Shown here: positions 25,316-39,475 of the stretch, one piece after another | Layout of the letters: every line of letters begins with the position of its first letter | Numbering within the stretch: the stretch's first letter is position 1 | Source of the DNA: Eledone cirrhosa | Taxonomy: Eukaryota | Length of the DNA: 64,000 nt | Reading direction: 5' to 3' | Assembly: GCA_964016885.1 (NCBI GenBank) | Contig: OZ024740.1 | Span: 194,990,001 to 195,054,000, forward strand | Notes under the pieces: model-generated | Told to the model about the DNA's origin: nothing | The model's database searches: none | What the model saw: the letters and a program-made list of their open reading frames with translations, nothing else | Program-made: the position numbers and the translations under genes

Positions 25316-26914
25316 TGTATGTATGTATGTTCTTCTGGTTTTATAATTTCACAAAGTTTTACCAATAGAGAGAGAGTCGGTTTCTAACAAAGACACAAGA
25401 CTCTCTCATTTGAATTTACACAACATCAACTAGGTAGATATGTATGTCTGCATGTATGCATGTGTAGATATGGATGTTATTGTATGTGTGGATGTGTATG
25501 TTTTGAGTTGTATGTGAGGCATGTGTATATGTTTTGTATCTGTACATGTGTATATGCAGTTATTAGATGCAAAATTTTTGGAATGTTTTACATATTTTTA
25601 CTGTTCCATTAATGGATTGTACTTGTAGTTTCCTAACTAGTTGTGTTCTTTCTGTTCCTGTGAAGCCTATGTATGTATGTATGTGTATATATATATATAT
25701 ACATACATACATATATACATATATATATACATGTATACTGTCTAACCCATGCTAGCATGGAAGATGGACGTTAAACGATGATGATGATACACCATATACA
25801 CACACATGCATATCCAATTAACCACACACGCAAAGAAATGGGATATATTTTAACTGTTGGGAAGCTGATGTTTCTCAAAAGTTGAGTACTTTGAAGAAAT
25901 CCATCAGTGCAAAAAGAGGTTATGGAAAGCATAAACCACAATGAAGGCAACATTTATGAAAAGAAGAAGCTGCTGATGCAAGATTGAGAGTGCTCATTGA
26001 AACTGCAAGATAAAACTCTCTGCTATTGGTTAAGCAATATATACACTTAATCCATTGTTAACTTTTTGTAATAATGAGGCATCTGGTAGTAAATCTCTTC
26101 CAATGAACCCTTTAGATATCAATCTACTGATGACAGTCCCTAGTTCTGATGAAAAACCTCTTGTTTTTACCCTTTCATTATCAAACTCTGGTTTTATGAA
26201 TAAAAACCATCCATTTTAAAAGATTCCTAACTAAATAAAAATGTTCAAATACAAGTTTATCTGAGAACAATATGTGTTTTACTATCTTAGTAATGAAATA
26301 ATTAATAATTCTAGCAATTAAGTCAATCTTTTTCATTAATTAATCCAAATAGAGGGTATTTCATTAGAAATATGGTAACAAAAGAGTCTTTCATAAGTAA
26401 ATTAAAACTGCTCATCATAATTCTATGTAAGAATATTTTTATTTTGTTCTAGGCATCAGCTTAATAATAATTTCTACATTAAGTACAGGGCCGAGGAGGG
26501 GAAAAATTGATTAAATTGACCCAGTTATTCAATGGCACTTTATTTTATCAACACTAGAAGGATGAAAGGCAAAGTTAACACTGGCAGGATTTAAACTCAG
26601 AATGTAAAAAGCCTTAATAATGATAAAGTTATTTTCCTCAATCTCAGTTTATTTTAAAAATTAATCTAAAACCATATATACTTCCCTGGAAGCATGGTAA
26701 CAAAAGGGTTATAAATATGCAGCACATAAAATTAGATCACAACGGGACGCATGTTATGTTAATACTTCTAATAGTAGAGATAGATTTGTGTGTCCATGTC
26801 AGTACTCCTTGACTGCCATCAAACAAGTCTACCTCCAGCATCTTGATCCAATGAGGAAACCTTTATATAGTCACTCAACTTATAAAAAATAGAAAAAAAA
26901 TCTTACTATATTTA

Positions 26915-27098
26915 ATAATTGTATCTACTTTTGGCACAAGGCCAGCAAATACCTAGTACATTACTGGTACTTTATTTTATCAAGCCCGTAAGGCAAAGTT
27001 AACCTCGGCGGGATTTGAACTCAGGTCGTAAAGGGACGGAACTCTTTGCATCAAAGCATGATGTCCGACCCTCTACTGATACGGCCAATCCACCGCCC
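26915..27098 (-). mobile_element. Meta-domain-like tRNA SINE
   Basis: Reverse complement of the 13471 family. Confidence 0.85.
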
Positions 27099-27244
27099 TT
27101 ACTATATTTAATAATAAAAAAAAACACACATTGGGTGTGTGTGCATGGCTAGAATGCTTCTGATCATAGGCCTTTCAGATCTAACTTAACCCTTTAGCAT
27201 TCGCATTAATTTTTAAATGTCATACTTCTCTGTTCGCATTATTT

Positions 27245-27627
27245 TGGTGGATTGGCAGTATCAGTAGAGGGTCGGACGCCATGCTTTGCAGCAAAGAGTT
27301 ACTTCCCTTTACAGACTGAGTTCAAATCCCGCCGAGGTTAACTTTGCCTTTCATCCTTACGGGGTCGACAAAATAAAGTACCAGTAATACACTGGGATAA
27401 TTGCTGGCCTTGTGCCAAAAAGTAGAAAATTATTTTGAATTGGATTGGCAATATCAGTAGAGGGTCGTACGCCATGCTTTGATGCATAGAGTTACAGCCC
27501 ATGCCATTCTGAGTTCAAATCCCGCGGAGGTTAACTTTGCCTTTCATCCTTACGGGGTTGATAAAATAAAGTACCAGTAATGCACTGGGTACTTGCTGGC
27601 CTTGTGCCAAAAGTAGAAACAATTATT
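27245..27627 (+). mobile_element. Two tandem Meta-domain-like SINEs (27245-27434 and 27441-27627)
   Basis: Each has the A/B boxes, central domain and tail seen at 13471. Confidence 0.88.
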
Positions 27628-27794
27628 TTGAGTTAATCATACTCAAGAGGGTTATCAATTTTATTTGTTTGTAATTTTCTTAATTTTCTATGTGCAGGCT
27701 TGAAATTTTGTCAGTAGATGTTTAAATATCAATAATTTACAATTATATAATTTTACCTGTTTTGGTTAAATTTGACTTTTATGGGCCGGTGAAA

Positions 27795-28405
27795 TTAATT
27801 AATAGGGGCATTTGAAGTATCAACCAGGTGCAAATACTGGTTTAATTTTAAATATGTTGTTTTCGGCATAATACTTGATATATAAGGATCACTAAACCTT
27901 ATATCAGTGCTCCAGTAATTCCACAATCTTGGAAATTGTTTTATACCAAACATAATATATATGGTAAAAAATGCTTGCATTTCCGCAGCATTTGTCGGTC
28001 GCCAAACAGATCGGGTTTTCCTCGATTTGAAATCTGTCTGTTGTCGATCAATCTCTTCTGCCACAACTTCGAAGAAAGTTTGTGGTAAAAACAAAAAGAA
28101 ATAATCCAGTGATTTAGCATCGGGCGCTAATGTGTGTTGTGGACCAGTATTTTGAATAAAATCGGGAATATATATTAGTGTGGTATTTTTCAACCACATT
28201 GCTGTAATATTTTCAATGGCGTCCTGGAGATCTCCTTCGTTTTCACTTTCAAAACAACAATCATCGTCGGATGAAATTTCAGAAATGTAAACATCTGATT
28301 CATTTGAAGATAAATCACTAATATTATCTTTTGTTTCTTATTCATTCTGAATGTTGTCGAGTGTAAAACCATTCAAAGTCGGTATCGCTACTTTCACAAG
28401 CCATG
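27795..28405 (-). pseudogene. piggyBac (PGBD4-like) transposase N-terminal fragment
   Basis: Acidic N-terminus, then LDYFFLFL..WRPTNAAEMQAFF..IMFGIKQFPRLWNYWS..ISSIMPKTTYLKLNQYLHLVD; catalytic DDD region absent. Confidence 0.8.
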
Positions 28406-28663
28406 TTGATACACAAAAAATTTGTTCTACTGTCAACGTTAAAAAACACGTGTTGTTTTACCTTGTTTCACAATATTAAGTGTTAATTTTTGTGGTAAGG
28501 GCCTAATCTCGCAGTAATCTCTAATTGACAAGATTTTGATGATGGTTTGTTTATTTTTAGAACGATATTTTAGTGTGGATGTTATCGGCCAGTTTCGGGC
28601 AGTTTGAACAAATGAAGGGGAAATAGTTTCGGGCGGTTTGAACACTAAAGGGTTAAAGCTAAA

Positions 28664-28760
28664 TAATTGTTTCTACTTTTGGCACAAGGCCAGCAATTAC
28701 CCAGTGTAACTGGTACTTGATTTTATCGACCCCATAAGGATGAAAGGCAAAGTTAACCTC
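28664..28760 (-). mobile_element. 3' half of Meta-domain-like SINE
   Basis: Matches the 3' half of the 13471 family. Confidence 0.8.
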
Positions 28761-29059
28761 TAATAACAACAAATAACAACAGCAATAATCTTCTATTCAA
28801 ACCAATGAGCAAACATTTATGCAGTCACACAATATGCTAGACATACCAGCCAAACACCAGAAGAAACTGTAGACCTAGATTCTCTATTTGAAAAATAAAA
28901 AAAAGGTGTGATGGTCACAGTCAGAATGCAGCTCAATGTGCACTGGAATGAAATGTATCAACTTTGATGCATTGAAACTATATTAATTTCCAGAAGCTGA
29001 CTGAAGAGAAGGGACTATCCATGTTTCTGTTGTGGACTCAACTTGTTTTGGATACACAT

Positions 29060-29091
<32 letters not shown>

Positions 29092-29429
29092 GCATACATA
29101 TATTGTTATACCTTGGGAGGGTCATGCTACCAATAAAAAATGTGAGCTCTCAAAAACAAGATGGTGTAAGAGAGAACAAAGGAGGGACACAAAATAACAA
29201 ATTAGTCACTGAGGAGGTCACAGAATGTGTGACAAAAGGTTTTGACAATCAACAAATAAACACCCATCTGGTTATTAAATTAATCGACTGGGAGTTTATA
29301 ATAAATCGAAGTCAAAACCAACAGGAGCATGTGTTTTAATTGGCAGCATGATCCACCCAAAGTATAACAATATCTGTTTCAACACACATTTTCAGATAAG
29401 AAATCTTGCAAAATAAATATATACATACG

Positions 29430-29472
<43 letters not shown>

Positions 29473-29751
29473 ATTTGTGTATAAAACTATGGATTATATA
29501 CAAGTTTCTACATAATCTGGACATTATTTATCCCAAATTGTAGAAATCTTATAACGAAACGATCGTCTGGAAGGAAAGAGATATTTATTTAATAATGTCT
29601 CATATAAAATAATACAACCAGCTATCCACGAAATACTGATTAGTTAGCACCCCAAACACTAAATTGGGAAAATAGTTAGGTATATCCTAATGTTTGTTGA
29701 ATGAGATGGAGTTGGTCAGAGTATCGCTTAAGGCTTTCTCTGTTAATGTAT

Positions 29752-29834
<83 letters not shown>

Positions 29835-31384
29835 CTTCCACATTGTTTCCATCTAACAAACTTAACTCACAAAGCATTTGTCAGCTCAAGGTGGTACGCA
29901 GTGGGATTAAACCTAAAACCAAATGGCTGCAAACCAACCCTTTTGATGACATAACCATGTCTACATATACATATTTCAATCTTAATAGATCCCATCAGTG
30001 TAATGTTGAATTTTAATGTTAAATTTACTCATATTCCCATTTAGGAGGTTATATGAAGAAAGACCATGATTACACAAAACTACATACTTTACTCCACATC
30101 GTTATATATCTTGGTTCTTCTGATAAAATGCCAAGTTACAATAAAACATTTTCTGCAAAATATAGATGGCATGCCACCAACCAGTATAGTGGAACAAACT
30201 TAGTAAGTTCATAAAATGTTAATGTATATTTCAGTTCTAACAGACATCATCAGTTTTAATTCACACCCAGTATTTAAGTAAATTAAATGGCTTCTTTCCA
30301 TTGCAAAAGTACTATGTCCAAAATTTATATTTTTCATTTTTGCTGCATCTTTATTTGTATTTCTATGTCTATAATCTCTATGTAACTGTTTATTTTATAA
30401 TCTCTTTAAATAAATGTGTTGTTGTTAATAGGATTAAAAATTTTCAGACTATTAATTAACCTCATCTTTGGAGATTAACATTTAAAAAGATATTTACATC
30501 TATATTACATTTTAATCATAGTGTCAATAAAAGAAAAAAATTGTTTTTTAATGTTCATATCTAAATATGAATTTAATCTTGTATATCTATATGTATATTT
30601 GTATATCAATCGTTCTGATAGTGGTATACCAACATATTGACAGCTACCTAGCTAGAAATATTACTAGAGAATGCTATTTATCTTTCTTTTAACATATTTG
30701 TTGATATATATATACATCTACCTACCAACATACAGAGCTATCTATTCTCCATAACTACTAACATAACTATTTACCTATTTATAAACATAAAAGTTTATAT
30801 CTAAGTAACTGAAGAGTTTTTAAACTATTTCAATTGAAGCTTAAAGACATTCTTTTTCATAAGTTAAGAGGAAGAGCAGTACTCATAATCTTTTCAGTGC
30901 TTCTGAGACTGTAGGCAGGGGGGTAAGAAGGCATCTTCAAACTGGAGACCTGGCCCAAATGCTTGCAATAGAGTAGACTCTACTAAAGGCATCTGAGGGT
31001 CAGGGGGTGATATTAAACAAGGTAATGAATTTAATCTACTAACCGAGTAGGCTACAGCAGGATTTGAACTCAGAACAAAAAGATCCAGAATAAATTTCAC
31101 AATGTATTTGATGCTCTATTGAGTCAACTACTCCACTAGCCTAGCTGGTTCTCTATTTATCAATTCCAAAAGGATGAAAGACACAGTTGACCAGGCAGGA
31201 TTTGAACACGGAATAAGCAGTATATTATTGCCCCCTTTAGGCCACCAAGGGAAGCCAGATACACACCACAGTATGTCGGATACCATCCCCTTACTTCAAG
31301 GCCACCACCATCACCCTGCCCACTCAACAGTACAATGTCTTTTCCACAGCCCCAGCCCCCTCTAATACCTCCCCAGAAAGACCA

Positions 31385-31688
31385 AGTATACTGAGCACCT
31401 TAGTGCTACAAGGAGGTAGTGCAAGTGCCATAATAAAAGCACCAAGTCCACTCTGTAAGGTGGTAGTGTAGGTGCCACGACAAATGCACCCAGTCTACCC
31501 TGTAAAGTAGTAGTGCCAGAGTCAGGATAAAATGCTCTTAGTTAGGGAGAGCAGTCATAGAAACTGAGCCAAATCAAAATGTATGAACAAGACCTAGTCA
31601 TCTGACTGGTATGGCCTCAGCATATGAAAGCTATCTAACCCATGCAAACATGGAAAATAGATGTTAAATAATGATGATGATGTTGATG
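31385..31688 (+). mobile_element. RTE-type 3' UTR remnant with tandem units and (GAT)n tail
   Basis: GTGCCA..AAAAGCACC..CTGTAAAG units, then AACCCATGCAAACATGGAAAATAGATGTTAAA(TGA)n. Confidence 0.6.
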
Positions 31689-32969
31689 GGCTATTTTAAA
31701 AAGATAACTCATCAAATATGTTAGTTCAAATCCTGAAAAGTTTGCTTTAGTTAATTGGTTTTGTTGGATCAGGTTATCAAGAACCAAACTGCATCTGTTG
31801 TATTGATCTTTGTTAGCCACCACAAAATATCCCGTGCCACTGATATAATACAACACTGTTTGGTTCGGTATGAAACAATCAGAGATAATGTAAGTTCACA
31901 TAGCCTATTCAAACATCTCACATTGCTGGTGTTTAATCAGCTGAAGTTTTTCCTTCTAATTTTATATATGAATCAAACATATTCTTTTAATACTTTCTAA
32001 CTTTTACAGTGTCTCTCTTATCAGAGATATTTTCCCTGTGATGCTGAGGTATCGGAATTGGAAAGCATTATTTAGAATGGTTGTAGCCTAGTTTTCTGAA
32101 TATCCACTGTGTATCCCTGGATAAAAATGTTAACTTCAGGAAGGCTATCAGGATATATAACATTACCTCAAAAAGTCCCATCCAGCCCATGGCACCATGA
32201 AAACATGGACATAAAAATGATGATGTAAAAGCAACCCAGCAAGCCATAAAAAAAATAAGCAACACAGAAATAATAATTTCTAACATAATCATAAAGTCTC
32301 AAATTTAGGAGAGAGGAGTAAATTGATTCCATTACATCATTGGCACTTTCTTTTATCAACTGTTGGAAGAATAAAAGGAAAAGTAGGCTTGAATAGGATT
32401 TGAATTCAGAATATAGGTTCACAACTAAATACTGCATTGCAGTATGTGTATTACAGTTGTGTTCTGAATTTTGGGGTGGTAGATCTAAACCTTAATTCAG
32501 TTTAACAGAACCTAATCTTTGGGTGCATTTAGCAAGCTTTTGGTCTAGGTTTCCTCCCTTCCTCCCACTATTCTTGGAGACTCTGAAAAAATAAAGTGAG
32601 GGACACTGCTTTTTCTGCCCTGAAATAATAGTGAAAAAAAAAAAAAAAATTGTTTAGCTCACTAACCACTTGAGTATTACATATCATTCCTAGTGAGACC
32701 AACTTGCTCTTTGTAGCAATGCACCAAGAGAGATAGCTTTTTTTAATATATGTAATGATTTTATGATTAATCTTATGTATATATATATATATAATTCTAT
32801 TCAAGAGACTATGGAAATCAAAACGCAAAAGAAGAAAAGCTCATATATTATAAACCTTCTGTATAGAAGGATATCATTTCACTCTTCCAGATGTGAATAT
32901 ATTTATTTTCTTAAGTATTTTTGATAACAAAAAATAGCTATTACTTTTTAATATCCATATACATTCTTG

Positions 32970-33014
<45 letters not shown>

Positions 33015-33046
33015 AAATCTCCCACCCCCCCTCTATATATATATAT

Positions 33047-33079
<33 letters not shown>

Positions 33080-33126
33080 TACACACATACACATATGTGT
33101 GTGTGTGTGTGTGTGTGTGTATGTAT

Positions 33127-33173
<47 letters not shown>

Positions 33174-33788
33174 ATGTTGGAAAAATATGAAATCATTTCC
33201 TTTTTCTTTATGGAAAATCAGTGTTACAACTCCTTCACCCAAATTAATTTTCATTAGTTTGGTGAAATATTATCAAGTAAACTATAAAAGGAAGAAGAGA
33301 AAAACCAACAAAAAATGCCTATATGTTTTAGCTTACGGTTACATAAGAAGTGAGATAAATAAAACTGAGAAGGAAAAAAGTTATAATTTGGAGATTTGAG
33401 CAGAATATATTATTGGATATCTCTCCTTCAGGGATATCTTTGTTATTTATTAATCACAAGAATACATTATCATATTCTCTTTTAGTTTAGTTCTTCTATT
33501 GGTTTACTTCCATTTTGGTTTTCTCCGTTAATTCCACCCTCCTGACAAAATGAGTGTATGTGGGAGTGTGTGTGTGTGCATGCATGTATGTATGTATGTA
33601 TATGTGTATATATATCGTCTTTCTCTAACTGCAGTGAAATATCTCTTTCAAATCAATATTTAAACCAAAACTAACAAAAATGAAAACCAAATATATGCAG
33701 CTGATAATATGTGAGATTATATATACATATATACACACACACATATATACATATATATATTATATATATATACACACACACTCATATA

Positions 33789-33864
<76 letters not shown>

Positions 33865-34959
33865 ATATATATATATATATATAAAGAGAGAGAGGGGAGA
33901 GATAATATTTGTTACTAATAGTGACTGTTTACTTAAGATATTCTCTGACATTACCAGCTTATATATATACACACATGTAAATAAATAAATAAATAAATAT
34001 AAAAATGGTGCAGATTGAAGCAAAGTATATGTGATGGAAAAGTGATTTGATTGACCACCTGCTAGCTAGGCAGAAATGACTTTCTCTATAAACAATGAGT
34101 TCTGCTGCATACAGGCTAATCTTAATGAAAAAGCAACTCAGAATATAACTTACTAATTCAATGTGTGGTATCATTTCAAATAACTGTTGGCACAAGGCCA
34201 GCAATTACCCAGTACATTATTGTACTGGGTAAATAATTATAACATTTGAGCCATACCACCAGTAATGATGACAATAGCATTAAATGTATCTAATTTGGGG
34301 GTTTCAGGATTGGTATCCTATATATACCAAAATTACCAGATATATGAACCAACAAACTGGGTAATTTGAATTACTGATTTGTATAAAAGAAACCCTATAG
34401 TTTATATACATAAAAAATTGAGAAAACACATTGCTAGAACTGCCATTAAACAGCTAAATGCTGTCAAAGACAATGTTGGGCAAAAATGCCTCAGAGTACA
34501 GAGACCAGCGGCCAGTGGTCAACAGAAAGACACTCCACAAGATGAAATATAGAAAAGATTAAAAAAGGAGGACAAGGGGAAGTGTGTTGGTGGATAGAAG
34601 ATGGAATCTAACTTGTTATTTCATTATCCACCAACACACTTCTCCTCGTCTTCCTACTCTTTCAATTTTTCTATATTTCATCTGCCTGTCACCCACCTTG
34701 TGGATTGTTTTTCTGTTGACCACTGGCTGTTGGTCTTTTATTTTGACAGCATTGAGCTGTTTTAACTGCAGTTCTAGCAATGAGTTTTCTCAATTTTATA
34801 TGTATTCAAATACATTCTCGCTTCATCTCGATCAGAGACAACATTATATTTTCCTATAGTTTATGTTGATTACTTACACATGGAAGTGATTATAAATAAA
34901 AATGATAATTCAATGAGATATTTCTAAGATATAATCACATTGTCAGTAGAGCTGTTCTG

Positions 34960-35930
34960 CTATAGAATGGGTCGCAGGTGAATACCTAAATCCAAGAAAA
35001 GTGACAAAACTTGCAGGTCCACCTCTACCTACAGGATAAAGTGGGAAATACTGACAGATAAAGAAGTTAGGAACAGGTTTGTTGATACTATTGCATTCAA
35101 CTTCAGAGAACTCCATGAGCAAACTGAGAATGTTGAAATGGAATGGAGACTGTTCTGCTTGCAGTTTCTGCTTCAGCTGTTAAATGAATGCTGAGAGCAA
35201 AGGTAGTTTGGTGTGGTGCCATGTGACAGGAGCGACACTTGGTTCAATCTAGTGGTCAAAGATGCTATCCGAGCAAAGAAGGAGGCTTACAAAGTTCCGG
35301 TTAGAAATAAATCCTCCTTCTTACATATGCAGTACAAGCAGGCATGAAAAGTCGCAGCAGAGACAGTAAAAGTGTCCAAAGTTATGACAAAGGGGCAGAC
35401 TATCTGCTGACTTCGTATTAAGAAGTCCTCCTCCATGCTTGCTATTAGGAACGCATCTGGGGGATCTCCTCTCTTCATAGAGGTGCATACTCATGAGGTA
35501 TAGAGAATACTTTGATGTCCTAAACATCAGTATCCTCTGATGTATATGAGGTGCATCTGGAAGCAAAGACAACATTCTCTGATGTTGAGGTCACAAGACC
35601 AACTAAAGAGCTCAATTGTGGCAATGCCACTGGGGAGGATGAAATTCATCCTGAAATGTTAAAAGCTTTAAATAGAGAAAGTTTCATATGGTTGACTCAT
35701 GTGCCGGGTGGCCTGGGTCTCTGGAAAGAAACCTAAACAATAGCAATTGCTTGTGATGATACCAATTTTCAAAAACGTAGACAAGAGAAATTACTCCAAT
35801 TGTAGAAGGAATTCCTTATTAAGTCGGTAAATTCTATGTGAAGTGACTGGCAAAGAAATGTAGGGATATTCACACTGTAGTAGGTCTTTGAGAAATCATG
35901 GCAGTATTGCCAAGAGGTGTATTTTTGTTT
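34960..35930 (+). pseudogene. Rex3/Expander-like LINE relic (linker and start of RT)
   Basis: EVTRPTKELNCGNATGEDEIHPEMLKALNRESFIWLTHV..IPIFKNVDKRNYSNCRRNSLLS; heavily decayed. Confidence 0.7.
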
Positions 35931-36149
35931 TGTATTTGCATTCAGATAAATGATGCTAAGATAAAACCAAGATTCAATGTATGAGGAACTTTGGAGAAAT
36001 AATTATTTACAGGAACAAATGTAGGGTTAGATAGCAAAGTTCTTATAATAGTAATTTGACTAAGAAAATGCAATTTGTATAGTACTTGTATCAAACTATT
36101 TCACCCAAATCTCCTGAGATGCTATAAGCCATGATGGCTACCTATCTCA

Positions 36150-39100
36150 CAATTTCCCTCCCGCCACCATAGCCTGTTCGACCAATCAACCTCAGCAACA
36201 TGTTCCCCCACCCCCACCCATTACCAACCCCAACAAACTCTGCCATTACTACTACTACCTTTCTTCTCGCCCGTACCAGCCCCAACAAACCCAGGCATTA
36301 TTACCGTTATGTATGGATGAGCTGAGGATAAATGGAGCAACTCGAGTTGCTCGAGTCCGCTTGAGTCCTTGTAAGCAAAAGTCAGTGCTACAAATTTTTC
36401 TGCGTGGGAAATGACAATGAGATGGGTGGTGTAGGTATTCTACTAGCTGACAAGTGGGTAGATAAGGTAATCTCAGTGAACAGGGTGAATGCAAGAATCA
36501 TTAAACTCTGACTAGTCCTGAATAAAACAATTACCACAATAATATCAGATTACGCACCCCCAATCGGAGTTGCCAGACAAACTTAAGGATGGGTTTTACG
36601 AGTCCCTAATGCACACTACTGCTCTAACAAACGACAATGACTTCCTAATCATTGCAGGAGATTTTAACGGACACGTAGGTAAACACCGTGCCGGCTTCTA
36701 TAGAGTCCATGGAGGCCACTGGTTTGGCACAAACAATGAAGAAGGCATCAGGTTTCTAGAATTCTGCAACGCCAATGACATGTCGATATGTAACACAAAC
36801 TTCAAAAAATGCGACAACCGCCTGATCACCTATAGATCAGGGGAGCATTCTAGTCAGATAGATTTTATCCTCATCAGAAGATGTGACAGATGGATGGTCG
36901 TAAACACAAAAGCCTTCCCTGGTGAGGAATGTACCTCCCAACATAACTTAGTTGTCAGCGACCTCATTGTCAAAACTAGACGGACTTGGAAACAGAAGGC
37001 AACCTGGAGAAGAAAGATCTGGAAGCTGAAAGACCCCTCAGTCAGTAACAGATTTAAAGATATTTTACTCGACGCCTATGACAGTAAAGAAGAACAGCTA
37101 GAGACATTCAATGTAGAAGAGCACTGGGAGTTCCTAAAAAATAACTTACTAAAGGCGACAGATGAGATCTGTGGCTGGAGTAAGACTACAGGCAGGAGGA
37201 GAGTGACTTGGTGGTGGAACAATAAGGTAGATGAGGCAGTTAAGGCTAAGAGACAGGCATGGAAAGAATGGAAGAACGGGGGAAGCAGGGTACGTCACAT
37301 AGAGACCAGGAGGGAAGCTAGGGGACAGTATACTTAGCTAGAAGGGAAGCGAAGGATAGAAAATTCAAGCATGTCTTGCAACGTGAGGACCAGAAACAGG
37401 TATTCAAGATTGCAAGGCAGTGTATCAGAGAGAATTGTGATGTCATTGGAGAGAAGTGTATCTGGAATGATAAAAGTGAGCTTGCTTTCACAAGTGCTGA
37501 GAAGAAAGATGCATGGAAGAGCCATTATGGAAGATTACTAAAGGAGAATGCATGGGAAGAAGAGAACCTACCCCAAGTAGACCCTATAGAGGGGCCAGCA
37601 GTATAAGTCAGCAGCAGCGTAGTAAGTAAGGCAATCAAAGATATGAAGATGGGGAAGGCAACCGGTCCATCGGGTATAGCTGCCGAGATGCTGAAGGCAT
37701 CTGGGTCGGTAGGTCACACCATAACCATACGTATTGTTAACCAGGTAAAACTAGAAGGTATCATACCAAAGGATTGGTGCAGCAGCATCATTGTCAACTG
37801 CTACAAGGGTAAAGGTGATGTACTAGATAGAGGAAACTATAGAGGTATAAAGCTGATGGACCAGGTCATGAAAATAACAGAAATAGTTAAAGCACAGTTG
37901 ATTAGGGACCAGGTGAAACTAGATGAGATGCAATTTGGGTTTGTACCTCCTCCTTGTGAGGCAGTTACAGGAAAAGTACCTAGCTAAAAGCAAGCAACTC
38001 TACCTGGCATTCATCGATCTCGAGAAAGCCTTTGACAGAGTTCCATGTTAGAAAACTAGGAGTAGATGAATGGCTTGTGAAAGCTGTACAAGCCATGTAT
38101 AGGGGAGCAGTCAGCAAAGTTAGGATTAGCAATGAGTATAGCGAGGAATTTAGCGTACAGGTTGGTGTCCACCAGGGCTCTGTTCTTAGCCCTCTCCTGT
38201 TCATCATAGTCCTGCAGGCAATAACGGAGGAGTTTAAGACCGGATGCCTATGGGAACTCCTGTATGCAGATGACCTCGTACTTATAGCTGAATCTATGGT
38301 AGAACTAGAGAAGAAATTCCAAACATGGAAGCAGGGACTAGAAAGAAGAGGTCTCAAAGTCAACCTGACAAAGACTAAGGTCCTTGTAAGTAGACGACAA
38401 AATAGAACCCAGATCCCCTCAGGGAAATGGCCTTGCTCAATATGTAGGAAAGGTGTAGGTAGGAACTCCATCCTCTGTGGGTACACAAGTGATGTAGTGG
38501 GATCTCAGGAAGCTTAACTAAGAATGTAGGCTTCACATGTAGCAGTTGCACTGGGACAGCAAGCAGCAAACAACCACAGGAAACAAGCACCACCAAACTC
38601 TAGGAGACCGAATTAGCAGCGGAGATGGGTATTCGGAAAGTACAATAACTATGGTAAGAAGTTCAGGGAGCTACTTCCACTGCTAGCTGCAAAAGGCTTT
38701 TCCCTCAAAATGAAGGGGAGACTGTATGATGCGTGTATACGAACAGCAATGTTACATGCTATTGAGACCTGGGCGCTGTCTGTAGAAGACTTGCGTAGAT
38801 TAGAAAGAAACGAAGCCTGCATGCTCCGATGGATGTGTAATAGTAATATACGCGAATGGCAAAGCATAAACGAATTGAGAGAGAGACTGAGCATAAGAGG
38901 AATCAAATACTGTATGCAGGAGAGGGGGTTGCGTTGGTATGGACATGTGATGTGTATGAAGGATGACAGCTGCATAAAAAGATGCTGAATACTAGAAGTC
39001 AATGGAAGCCGCAGAGTGGGGAGACCCAAGAAGACCTGGGATGAGGTGATAAAAGCCGACCTTACCCAATTACACCTCTCAAAGGCGATGACACACGACC

Positions 39101-39475
39101 ATGACTTCTGGCGTCACACAGTAATACAGAAGACCTGACCCCCCACGGGTACAAGCTGAAGCTAAAGCATATAGACAATATGTCCCCACGCCCTCCCACT
39201 GCAAAGTGGTCGTGGAGTTGCCACGGCAAAAAAGCACCCAGCCTACACTGTAAAGTGGACGTGTAGGCGCTACAGAAAAAAGCACCCAGCACTCACTGTA
39301 AATGAGGTTGGTGTTAGGAAGGGCATCCAGCTGTAGAAATCAAGCCAGAATCAGTTCCCGTATGAGCAAGACATAGTCAGCCGACCGGCTACTGCCCACA
39401 ACAGGACAACCCATCTAACCCATGCTAGCATGGAAGAACGGACGTAAAACGGTGATGATGATGATGATGATGATG
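36150..39475 (+). mobile_element. Second near-full-length RTE LINE (related subfamily), frameshifted and deleted
   Basis: APE (GDFNGHVG, SQIDFIL), RT (NYRGIKL, GVHQGSVLSPLLF, YADD), partial PHD finger, 3' UTR units, (GAT)n tail. Confidence 0.92.

Larger units (their letters stand above)
27190..28652 (-). mobile_element. Internally deleted piggyBac transposon with nested SINEs
   Basis: TTAA at 27186-27189 and 28653-28656; terminal inverted repeats CCCTTTAGCATTC / CCCTTTAGTGTTC(rc); transposase fragment inside. Confidence 0.8.

Noticed and set aside
26127-26160. Two CTGATGA motifs in close succession
   Set aside because: No stem II/GAAA/stem I arrangement.
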